Origin: Paramoeba atlantica
Lineage: Eukaryota > Protista > Discosea
Direction of reading: 5' to 3'
DNA length: 64,000 bases
Assembly: GCA_977017575.1 (NCBI GenBank)
Contig: CDRNVI010000069.1
Span: forward strand, 372,001 to 436,000
The notes under the pieces: model-generated
What the model was told of the DNA's origin: nothing
Database searches by the model: none
The model's input: only the letters and a program-made list of their open reading frames with translations
Program-made: the position numbers and the translations under genes
Shown: positions 28,120 through 37,969 of the stretch, piece by piece
Numbering within the stretch: position 1 is the first letter of the stretch
Layout of the letters: each line of letters begins with the position of its first letter

Positions 28120-30821
28120 CAAAACCACACCCTAACGGCCAGTTCTATAGTAACATTCAAACGAAACAGAACGACACTTTTAATGCAAGTTCCCAAAAGG
28201 AGAAGAGTGGAAGAGAACATTGTACCAGTGGATGTTCGCAATGTGCAGAATTTATCAGGGAGATACGTGAGATGCGAGAATTTTTACGGCGGAACTTTGA
28301 GTTTGCAAGTAGCGGATACGGCGCGCGGAAATCTAGTGAAATTACTAATGGGGGTCACAGCAATGACCCCGGAAATCAGGCAGGCATTGGATGCGATGGG
28401 AAATATGTGGAGCGCATCGACTTGGCAGGCGAGGGCAAGGTTGTGGGAAAGGTTAACGGCCTTTTGTCATTGGAAACAAATCGAAATCACCCCAATTCAT
28501 GCAGTAACTTTCATCGCAAGTTTACCAATCAAAATCCAAGGAAAGTTGTCATACGCCCGAAGTTTGGCGTCCCTACTCAACTTAGCCGGCAAGGGAACGA
28601 ACCCGCTACGTTTTTACATCAAGTCACTCATGGCGGAGGGTGCGACGGAGCCGCACCGTCAAATGGCGCCACTAACGCCGGAGTTACTGAAACAATTGTG
28701 GAACCACCTTCCTCACAGCGAAAGACATACGTTGCTGCTTTGTTGGAAGGCGGCAAGCCGGTGGTCCGAGACAGCGATGCTCACACGCGACAGATTCCAC
28801 GAAGTGTCTTCGACAAGAATCGTGATATGGTGGGGCAGACAGACCAAAGCATCGCGGTACAACCCGTATCGAGCGTCAATGTATACGGTTGTGGAAGGGC
28901 CGGGCACGGATCGTCTAGCGGATTACATAACAAAGCTGGGGCAGTTGCAGCCGATGTCAAGAACATCGGTATCCGAAGTGGATGCGAAGATACGCCGAAT
29001 TCTGGGGACAGGTTTCGGCTCACACTCAGCGAAACGAGGAGCAATAACACAGCTGTTTGCGGAAGTAGTGAAGGGCAATACGCGCCTCGAGGAAGTACAA
29101 CGATTAGCAAAGCATCAGTCCCTCGATTCGCTTCTTCGATACAACGCCGACCCGGTTACCACCGCGTTGGTGTTGGGCACGCAGAAAGCAACCAGCAAGT
29201 TACGGATCATGTAGAGGCAAGTGAAATTTTTCGTAAGTTCTTGGATGACATACCACAGGAAAAGGTGCGTCACACTATTACCAGAACGCGAAGGACGTCA
29301 AAGGTCGCGTTACCGAAGGATTATTCTATTCCATTGCATATCAAGCAGGGTATTCCCCGGATGTCGGTTAAGAAGTTGAGAGAAATGATGAATGAGGCGA
29401 CTGGTGATCGATTCGATGAGACATTGGAGACTTTATTACGTTTACCGGAACAGGCATCCACCATTCCGCTATATAAGTCGTTTTTGCCGCACAATGACAT
29501 AAAGGAATTAGCAGCGGCGGGTTTCATTTCCAGAGTATCAGACGAAGAAGCTAAGGTGCGGCCGTCTTTGGATTGGGTGATACCTTTCACAGTTGTGGAA
29601 CCTGGTGAACATGAACATTCCGAACGTCGTCGTTTTATAGCGTGGACGCAGGCAGATAATGATCACATTAAGGAAATATATGAACCGTATGTCCCCGTTA
29701 GACATGCAGCGTATTATCTGCACCGCGCCAAAGAAGAAAGTGCCGTCAAACGGGATTTGGCGTGTGGGTTTTGGCAGGTCGCAATACCAGAGGAAAGTCG
29801 TCAAAAGTTTCGCTTTAAAGACGCAAAAGGGGATCTATACGAATTGACTGTAATGCCCATGGGGCATCGGTGCGCTCCCGAGTTAATGCACACCTTGACA
29901 GCAACTCTAGCAGGTGACAGAAATTACTGTACCGAAAAGCACGCGTTCTTTTATTCCGGACTGGACGTTTATATTGATGGTATCCGTTTTGCCGCGCGGG
30001 ATGAGATAGCAAATAAGTACGCTCGTTTTGTGGATGATAGAGCAGACAGATTAAATGCCTTGTTTAAAGATCGTGGAGAGCCGCCCGCACAGATTTACAC
30101 ATTCAATGGAATCAAGTATTTTCATAGACAAGGGAAAGTGGCTTTAGGAGACAAAATTTCGCGGCGATTGCGACAGGATGACTTTGCTGCAGCCACTTAT
30201 GCATCTTTGGAATCGGGGGTAGGCCGCCTTATTTTCGCCTCCGCTGTAATGGGTGTTCACCTTCCTCACTATCACTTGGAAATGAAAATTGTTCGTCGTC
30301 GGATTAATAATCTAAATCGCGACCCTACTTTGCTGGATAAGCCCGTTTCCTTACCGACACCGGTGCGAATCGCACTTTCGGAGTGGCGAGATAAGCTGTT
30401 GTATAAAACTCCCGTCGATCCACCTCCACACCCAGACACGGTGCCGCATAACCATATTTTGTGTACAGACGCATCCTCTACCGGATGGGGTGCGGTCCTG
30501 TATTTGGATTACGGGCAAGTCGTTTGTGCTGGGTCGCGGTGGCCACCTGATTTTGAGTATGAAGTCAATCGCGCAGAGGCACGCGCCGTTCGCCTCGCCT
30601 TTGAAAAATTTGGCCATCACTTTGGTAGGGATACGTGTGTAGATGTCTTCGTTGATAACACTTCCTGCGTCGCGGCATTAAATCGTAAGATGTCTAATTC
30701 GGATGGTATTACGTCGGAGCTTCGCCGTTTGTTGGATTATTTAAAGCGTAAAGGGTTGGTCGTTAAAGCCCAGTATATTTGCTCGAAGGAAAATCCTGCC
30801 GATCCGTACAGCCGCATGTAG
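28038..30821 (+). CDS. YR2 RT/RNase H, copy 3
   Basis: As copy 1 except ADNDRIKE to ADNDHIKE. Confidence 0.92.
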   Translation: MAKLPEAIPAGFSRTGGWPCPQQQEFLTKPHPNGQFYSNIQTKQNDTFNASSQKEKSGREHCTSGCSQCAEFIREIREMREFLRRNFEFASSGYGARKSSEITNGGHSNDPGNQAGIGCDGKYVERIDLAGEGKVVGKVNGLLSLETNRNHPNSCSNFHRKFTNQNPRKVVIRPKFGVPTQLSRQGNEPATFLHQVTHGGGCDGAAPSNGATNAGVTETIVEPPSSQRKTYVAALLEGGKPVVRDSDAHTRQIPRSVFDKNRDMVGQTDQSIAVQPVSSVNVYGCGRAGHGSSSGLHNKAGAVAADVKNIGIRSGCEDTPNSGDRFRLTLSETRSNNTAVCGSSEGQYAPRGSTTISKASVPRFASSIQRRPGYHRVGVGHAESNQQVTDHVEASEIFRKFLDDIPQEKVRHTITRTRRTSKVALPKDYSIPLHIKQGIPRMSVKKLREMMNEATGDRFDETLETLLRLPEQASTIPLYKSFLPHNDIKELAAAGFISRVSDEEAKVRPSLDWVIPFTVVEPGEHEHSERRRFIAWTQADNDHIKEIYEPYVPVRHAAYYLHRAKEESAVKRDLACGFWQVAIPEESRQKFRFKDAKGDLYELTVMPMGHRCAPELMHTLTATLAGDRNYCTEKHAFFYSGLDVYIDGIRFAARDEIANKYARFVDDRADRLNALFKDRGEPPAQIYTFNGIKYFHRQGKVALGDKISRRLRQDDFAAATYASLESGVGRLIFASAVMGVHLPHYHLEMKIVRRRINNLNRDPTLLDKPVSLPTPVRIALSEWRDKLLYKTPVDPPPHPDTVPHNHILCTDASSTGWGAVLYLDYGQVVCAGSRWPPDFEYEVNRAEARAVRLAFEKFGHHFGRDTCVDVFVDNTSCVAALNRKMSNSDGITSELRRLLDYLKRKGLVVKAQYICSKENPADPYSRM
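28183..29214 (+). CDS. YR2 tyrosine recombinase, copy 3
   Basis: Same translation as copy 1. Confidence 0.9.
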   Translation: MQVPKRRRVEENIVPVDVRNVQNLSGRYVRCENFYGGTLSLQVADTARGNLVKLLMGVTAMTPEIRQALDAMGNMWSASTWQARARLWERLTAFCHWKQIEITPIHAVTFIASLPIKIQGKLSYARSLASLLNLAGKGTNPLRFYIKSLMAEGATEPHRQMAPLTPELLKQLWNHLPHSERHTLLLCWKAASRWSETAMLTRDRFHEVSSTRIVIWWGRQTKASRYNPYRASMYTVVEGPGTDRLADYITKLGQLQPMSRTSVSEVDAKIRRILGTGFGSHSAKRGAITQLFAEVVKGNTRLEEVQRLAKHQSLDSLLRYNADPVTTALVLGTQKATSKLRIM

Positions 30822-31747
30822 TCAAAATGAATTGAAAGTTCATCTAATTCAAAATATAGGTAGTTCCAAAAATATAGTATAACTTATTTATAACTTATTT
30901 ATAACTTATTTGGTATATAGAATCATCAAAAAAAAAAAAAAAAAAAAAAAAAACAGGTTATTAAGTGTGTGGGATAAGGCAGACCGTTTTCTTGTATCTG
31001 GAGTAGGCGCCACATACGAGTAGCAGTACCTGCGAGTGGGTATGTGTTGGACTGGCGAATGGGTGGTCCCCGCGTTGGACCCGTTCGCAAGCTCGTTGAA
31101 AGGGAGAGGTAAGTGTATGTTATTGTCATGGGATATTTATGTTTTGTCTTTTGCGCAGCTGTGACATTGTTTCATCTTTTTTGACATAGGAGATAACTTG
31201 GAATCATGTATAGGTTTGTATATGAGTTAATCGAATGTCTTTGCGAACAATATGAAATTTGTTTTCCTTTTCTAAATATATTATGATGTAAAATTCTTGA
31301 AGTTTACGGATAGAATTTGACGAGAAATATATTTTCGAAGTGATATGGATAGGATGCCCCGCCGGGGGGCATTGTACCTGTTTTTGTTTTAAACAATAAA
31401 ATTGTGTTAATACTGATATACAAATATCCCGTAGTACGATATTCGAATATTTATAATTCAATTACTCAGGTTTACTGTTCTCGACAAAAGTTTCCCCTCC
31501 CACCAGCCCCCAAACCACTCCCCGCGTTGGACCCGTTCGCAAGCTCGTTGAAAGGGAGAGGTAAGTGTATGTTATTGTCATGGGATATTTATGTTTTGTC
31601 TTTTGCGCAGCTGTGACATTGTTTCATCTTTTTTGACATAGGAGATAACTTGGAATCATGTATAGGTTTGTATATGAGTTAATCGAATGTCTTTGCGAAC
31701 AATATGAAATTTGTTTTCCTTTTCTAAATATATTATGATGTAAAATT

Positions 31748-31764
31748 CAACAAGGTACAGAAAC
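31748..31764 (-). other. SL exon relic (3' 17 nt), the 5' end of I-b
   Basis: gtttctgtaccttgttg; removing YR2 gives ...ttgttg|atttattttcttatt...ATG (17754). Confidence 0.85.
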
Positions 31765-31858
31765 ACTACATCATAATTTGAGAAAATTATGTGCCCCGAA
31801 GGGCCAGCAGGCAAATATATAGCCGCCCCTCGGCTAAATTTCAAAACGTGAACTATTA
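31765..31858 (-). repeat. Displaced outer part of the YR1 A1 repeat
   Basis: Identical to 5043-5135. Confidence 0.92.
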
Positions 31859-34032
31859 AGAAGATTGCTGACCCGTTCATTTTCTCCGATGTATGCCCCT
31901 AGTGCTTTCAGGGCATCTGACTCAGAATTCACCCCGGCCATCTTTAGAGTCTCTGGAATTTCTCTACCTTCTCTCCCGCCAAACCACACACATTTTCTGT
32001 TAGCGAGTTGTACATCTCTCTCGCCCAAAAGGTCCCACAGTCTATAGAACGCTTTCGTCAAAAGATCCGCGTCGTCGGACACCAGATTTATGTCATCGAT
32101 ATAGGCAAAAATTTTCAGCGTTGGGTATTCAAGAGCCAATGTTGCGAGCATTGGCTGCATGAAGGTGCAGAAAAGAAAGCTGGAAAGCGGCGACCCCTGC
32201 CGCACACCTCGAGAACTACTAACCGTGCCGTGTAGCGTACCATCTTTCCCGTAGAACAACAGTTCAGATGGTTTAGAATATTGCGCATGGAAGAGACGTT
32301 GGAAAGGACGAAGCGTAGCATAAGAGTACAGAGAGTCGGCGATGTGATCGCGATACGGTGAATTGAATGCATTGCACAGATCAATCGACAGAATTTTTTC
32401 ACCCTTCATGTAGCTCTCCTGAAGTTGATGCACGATGGACTCGCATCCTGATTTTTGCGATACCCCGTATTGCCAAGGAGCAAACAAAGTGCCAAGGGAT
32501 CGTTCGTATTTCTGTAGCATAACCACTTCCGCTAGCTTCAGAAACATTTCCCCAACCGCGACAGGGCGAATACCTCCGTCGGCTTTCGGAATAGCAACCA
32601 GCCGCGCTCTTTTAAGTCTTGTCATCACCTCGTCCGCTACCTTCCCGTTGATCACATCCAAGAGCATGTGACATAGGGCAGAGCAACATACTTCGTCATC
32701 CAGAAGTATGCGAACGATTCCATCCGTGGTTCCAGAAGGGCCAGGAGCTGCTCCCTTAGCAAGACGTCGTCCAGCCTCTCGAAGTTCTTGTGTCGATAAA
32801 ATCGCCAAAGCTGGAGCATCTGCTGGAAGGTGGAATGTGCGTTCGGAATATGGATGAAGCGTTTTCAATTTCGCGATCGTCTCCTCGTCAGACAGCTTGC
32901 GCTCGATTACCTCCTGGTCCAACACTTTTGTGGCCTTAGATGCACATCCCTCAACGACCAACCGAATCGCTTTTTTGATCGCTCGGGCGTCCGAGGCTTC
33001 CTCATCCTCCATCGCATTCTCTGCCTTTTGGAGCTCGCGTTTCGATTTCATTGGCCTTCTGCGACGTCTACGCGTGTAGGCCTCACGAACAGCAGCTAAA
33101 GAGAACTTCATCGCCGACATCAGTCTATGCCAGATTTTGTTTCTCTGATCGTACCCACAGTCCGCATAGTCCCTGATCAATTCCCGGTAAACCGCTATGA
33201 CGCACGGGACGAATTCCGATCCTATCGATTTGACAGTGGGAATTGGCTCCAAATCCAAATCACATTCCGTATTGGTCACGCTTGGAATTAATGGATCACT
33301 TTGATTTGTAGTGGGTGAGTCGCCAGGATTTCCTTGGGCTTCCGGTCCGACTTGTCCATCCATCCACACTATTCTGTATATCCTAACATTCGGTTGCGGT
33401 GGTAAGGTCCCCACGAAAGCTTCTTGTACTTGATGACCCTTAATCCCCTGATAGTCGATAGCTATTTTGCGAATGCCCGCTCTTGTTTTAACTGAATCCA
33501 CCACTCCAATCGAGATATTCAACAAGGGCTGTCGATCAAAACTCCATGCAACTACGCATTCATTCCCTAGCCGAGCGTCTTTAGTCTGCTGCGCTATTCG
33601 TTCTGGGCTCAGGGGCAAGTCAACACCAATCCGCACCGTAGCGTAAAGCGCTCGAACTATCCGGGTGACCGCATTTACATTTCCTGATGTATCTGTGATT
33701 CGCAAATCTTCCTTTTCGAATCTCTGCTGCTCATGTGCTGTCGGCGGGCTATCGCAATCCAGAAATTCATTTAACACCTCATCAGGTGACATGATACCGG
33801 GTGTCAAGGGTCTAGGGGTGGCCTCTGTTACCAGAAAGGGTGGTGGAGAAGAATATTGTGGAGACATGAGTTCTGCAACGGAAATATTCGTAACCGGTAG
33901 CGGAGACGGCAACTTCTGAAATGGGGACGACGGATCTGTTGCCGTATTTTCCGTGGCTTGAGTACGATTCTGCGAAATGCAGATTGATGTTTTTTTGGTT
34001 CCGTCATAGTCAGATGACGAAGTAAAAAACAA
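31858..34032 (-). pseudogene. Non-LTR element I-a, 5' half (beta-barrel module plus RT), interrupted by YR1
   Basis: GAAPGPSG, RPVAVGE, GVRQGSPLSSFLFC, AYIDD, ending LGAYIGENERVSNLL; continues at 4716. Confidence 0.9.
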
Positions 34033-34444
34033 TGTATTTTGCTCGTTCTAATACTTCCCGGAGATCACATAACCGTATATATGCATTTGGGGATTTAATC
34101 CTTTTGTTTATACCTATTCATTTCAAAAGTGGTCTTAAGCATAATTTTATCTTTGCAGAAATTTATCGCAGCATAATTTTATCTTTTCAGAATTTTTATC
34201 GCAGTAGAATTTCATCGCAACGAAATTTATCTCAGCAAAACTAGAAAAAGTTAGCATAAATAATGATCGCAGGCACCGCAGACCTGAATATCAAGAACAC
34301 CATATGCAGTGTTGTATTTTGATTTTTGAGGTGACATGCATCACGCAAGAGACGTGCACTCCTCAGCAGGAAGAAGGAAACTTCCTGTCTCTTCAGTTTG
34401 TCGGAGCGTAAATGGGTTATCCGTTTTTTTTTTTTTTTTTTTTT

Positions 34445-34577
34445 TTTGCGTCGGTTCTTGGAGCCCCGTACAGAGGAGGATACTTATGGCTTCTAGATTT
34501 AGCTTTAATTTCTTTAGAATGGATTTCTTACACTCGTTTTTTAATATATAGTTAGAGATGTGCGGTTGTAGTTTTCA
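34445..34577 (+). mobile_element. Short inverted copy of the I-a C-terminus and 3' UTR
   Basis: Reverse complement of about 3388-3515 (cgtcggttcttggagccccgtacagagg...gtagttttc). Confidence 0.85.
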
Positions 34578-34698
34578 TACATAGATTATGATTATCACAC
34601 TAAACACTTAATTCTTGCACCTTCCTGTCGGCCAGGTGACTACGAAGCTGCGCATACACTTCGAGCACTCCTGAAAATAAGCGTTCCAGGAAATGAAA

Positions 34699-35529
34699 CC
34701 ACCAACTCCTCAATAATCTAACGTAAATTGAAGGTATTTTTTTTTTTTTTTATTCTATTAGAATTTCCCTGAGTTGGTGATCTCAGGCTACTATTGAAAA
34801 GGGAATGTTATGGTCTTTCGGTTTTATATAACAATATCTTCATATAGTCGAACGTGTACGAGCTGCCGTCATATGTTAAGAATTTGGGTTTTCTCAAATA
34901 CCCGTAAATTTAGATTACAAATTTTACTTTAAAGAGACTTTAAATATATCTTATAGGCGCAATTCACTCATCCACTTCTCTGCTGGAATGTAGTCTCGGA
35001 GCTGCGACACTACCGTGTACGCTGACATTTTTTCGATTTCGAGCTGGAAAGCATTGCGCACGCTTTCATATTTAAGTTTCGCTCTTTGTGAGAGAGCCTT
35101 CAGCAACGCCTTAGTATCGTCATGTAGAAGGCCGCAATCTGTTGCAGCCAGACACTTAAACGAATCGCTATCGACACCCTTCTCAGTAACGTATTTCTTA
35201 TATTTTCTGTCGGAGACCTGCTGCATAAGGGCAGAGCTGGTGTGTTTTGCGTAGCTTGAGCAGCACGTATGTACTATTGTGAAGTCGTAGAGTACCTCAC
35301 CCATGTGAGGCCACATGATGGCCAGATCTGGACCTGAACGAATACGGCGTGCTTTGCAAGGATGTTGCGCGGCGACATCTGCTGAGATAGTGCACTTACA
35401 TTTAGTGCAATGATACGAGGAGTAGATGCGGGGTTCGATCACGCTAGGAAGGCCTGCTTTTGAGCACAACTCTGAGAGATACCGGACGATATGTGAATGT
35501 TTGCGTGTGGAGTTCATCCCGGAGCATCG
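34699..35529 (-). mobile_element. 5'-truncated near-identical copy of I-b (Zn knuckle/RLE, 3' UTR, A-run, tail)
   Basis: ORF 34951-35517 matches the last 188 aa of 14215-17754; UTR matches 14016-14214; tail matches 10297-10334. Confidence 0.92.
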
Positions 35530-35890
35530 TTATCCGTGCTCATCAACAAACCTCCGAGACAAGAAGTCTCACTTTCCTCTGCTTCAGAGTACACAATCTC
35601 ATCACTTACCCATTGAAAGCATTCCGCAACACTCTCCATCTTTCCAGTTTGCCGGAGCGTAAGTGGGTTTTCCGTGCTCATCAACAAACCTTCAAAATGA
35701 AGAGTGTCTCGTCCTGCTTTCAACGAGCACATGATCTTTTTGCATGCGCATGCCACACTCAGTGCCTTTTTCACCTTTCCAGTGTCGTTTGCTTCGGAGC
35801 GCGGGCGAAAGCGAGGGTCCTCCGACGATGTGACATTTGAAAGGATCATAAAAGGAATAAAAATCAACAAGGTACAACAAGGTACAGAAA
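35530..35890 (-). other. Two SL relics (35875-35890, 35865-35874) followed by an unassigned 335-bp sequence
   Basis: tttctgtaccttgttg|taccttgttg|atttttattccttttATG...; no match to any retroelement ORF in the window. Confidence 0.7.
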
Positions 35891-35959
35891 TTTTTCTGTG
35901 GCCACAGAAATTTTTCTGTGTACAGAAAATTTCTGCGTGGCCGCCACCGGTCTCTGAGT

Positions 35960-36850
35960 GGCCGCCACCGGGCTTTGCGTAGTTCTTTCTTGTGCCTGTG
36001 GGGATACCGCTCGGGCGTAAGAAATTTGTTTCTGGCTCACGGTGTTGGGCGACGTGTCAATGTCCCCCCCAATAATTCGTATTCGCGGGCGGTTCCCGTT
36101 CTTCGCCTCTTTTGGTCCATCACAGTTCATGAGATTCAGCCTCTTGCCAAGGCGACGAAATATATTGGACGGCAGGTGTGCAGTTTTAATTTTAACCGTG
36201 GACCCGTTTCCTTCTGTCATGCCACTGTTTTGCTGGTTCCCACGTTTGGGGTGTGCCTTCGGAGACGGAGGTGTTATTGAATTTGGAAGCGGAGGTGGCG
36301 GAGAGAGCGGCTCCCGAGGCAGGGGTAGGGTCGACTGCTGGGGCGGTTGCGGAGGCGACTGCGGAAGTGGTGACTGCGTAGGTCGCGATTGCGGGGGTTG
36401 AGGGGGGGGAGGGGCCTGCGGTGGAGGAGCGTTCGGCGATGAGTTCTGTGGGGGCGTGTCGCTCGGCGGCTTGTCGGGAAATTTCTTCTGTGATGACAAA
36501 GGCGGCAATTGCGTCGCTGGCGCGGCTCGAGGAGGTGGGGAATTCTGTGCGGGTGGAGCGCCACGTGGGGGAGAGTTCGGAGCGACCGGCGCCGATTTCT
36601 TTCTGCGGCGGGCTGGGGCTAGAGGCAAAATCTCGGGAGCTACTCCTGATTCTTTCGCCTTGGAGCGAGTTACCACTCCCATTGAAGAGTAAACGATTAG
36701 AAAATAATCAACAAGACAATCGAAGAACGCGTTCTGGAAGTTTAATGAATTTCTCCTCTCCATGCTTGCCTCAATTCTCGTAGCAGATTCCGATGCTGAC
36801 TCGAGATTGTTGTTTCCGTTCTCTCGCGTATGATTCTCCGATGACAATGG
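35960..36850 (-). pseudogene. Group I N-terminal fragment I-i (MGVVTRSKAKESGVAP, Pro-rich)
   Basis: Same start motif as 43421, 50123 and 57560. Confidence 0.8.
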
Positions 36851-36854
36851 TGCC

Positions 36855-37741
36855 GTTCCGGATGCAAAGCTATACTCAATAGCAAGACTGCACTAACACA
36901 CATACCGGGATGCGTACGCTGTCCGGGATTCAACGCCACAGCAAAGCACAACGCCCTAGTTCAATTTGTGTACAAATTGTGTCAAAAAGCCGGTTTACCG
37001 AGTGAAAAGGAACCAAGAGCACTCAGCACCTGGAGTTGTTACACGTGTCATCGAACAGTCGACTTCGAAGCCAGAATACTTCATGAAAAAACTTGCACTG
37101 GCAGACGATATCATCGCTCAGGACCGGATATAGTAATATATTGGAACACTGGTGAAGTTTTTTATGATCTCACAGTTATCCACAATCTCGCACCATCCAA
37201 TATTCACCGTACGTCCAAGCAACTATTTGCCGATGCAATTCAACGCAAACGAGGCACATACGTGGCGACAGGTCTAATCCCAGAAGAAAACTTCATGTGC
37301 ATTCCCGTACTAGCCTCTGGGTCTTTACATAGCAACACCAGACTACTGCTACATGCGATTGCCGACGCTACCCTTGCGGTGCGACAGGACACGGAAATGG
37401 AATTCAAGTTGCTTGTTCAAGAACTGGCGGGTACTCAGGTATACTCACAGCTACGTCAGCACCTGAGTCACACAAACAAAGAGTGCGAAAGTTTGTATTA
37501 AGTATCGCAGAAGGACCCAACTTTACAACTAGAATATAACAAAGCTTGCATAGTCGCGTAAGCTTCAAACATAACACCCCCACTATTGGGGGGTAGCGCC
37601 ATTAACAGGTTAGCTTATTTATCTATTTATCTATTTATCTATTTATTTGTAAGTCCTGTTCTAGTTGTTATTTTGTTACGTTTTGGTACCTTGATAATTC
37701 GTCAGATAGATATAGTTTATTGGAAACTAAAAAAAAAAAAA
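36855..37741 (+). mobile_element. Group I 3' fragment I-j (Zn knuckle, RLE, UTR, A-run); coding to 37501
   Basis: ALTHIPGCVRCPGFNATAKHN, HRSGPDIVIYWNTGEVFYDLTVIH; A-run about 37729-37741. Confidence 0.88.
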
Positions 37742-37890
37742 TTCGACAGGGAAACTGAGAGGGTGGCTGAAACGTACGGCAAGCCCTTCAGCTCGAAATC
37801 GAAAAGATGACGGCATACACGGTTGTTTCGCAACTTCGTCATTACATCCCGAAGGAGAACTGGATCAAAAAAAAAAAAAAAAAAAAAAAA
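37742..37890 (+). mobile_element. About 125-nt I-b-like C-terminal fragment with poly(A) attached inside the coding sequence
   Basis: Reads LQLEIEKMTAYTVVSQLRHYIPKENWI, then A24 (37867-37890). Confidence 0.8.
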
Positions 37891-37936
37891 CGATAAAGAT
37901 ACAGTTTCTGTACCTTGTTGTTTCTGTACCTTGTTG
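37891..37936 (+). other. SL exon (30 nt) plus nested SL relic (16 nt)
   Basis: cgataaagatacagtttctgtaccttgttg|tttctgtaccttgttg. Confidence 0.88.
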
Positions 37937-37969
37937 ATTTCTTTTCCCTTTATATCATCCTTACGCCCT

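Larger units (their letters stand above)
17781..31748 (+). mobile_element. YR retrotransposon YR2, with three tandem 4.5-kb cores inside one A1...B1-A2-B2 frame
   Basis: Period 4505/4504/4505 bp; A1 17781-17980 = A2 31295-31494; B1 31067-31296 = B2 31519-31748; the ends share only the TC dinucleotide with the target. Confidence 0.92.

Noticed and set aside
37891-37936. SL copies explained only as target-site duplications of SLACS-style insertion into SL genes
   Set aside because: No SL exon plus intron follows any element, truncated copies lack SL, the relic begins at the internal AG, and I-b has an independent 8-bp duplication. Some insertion into SL relics is still possible.
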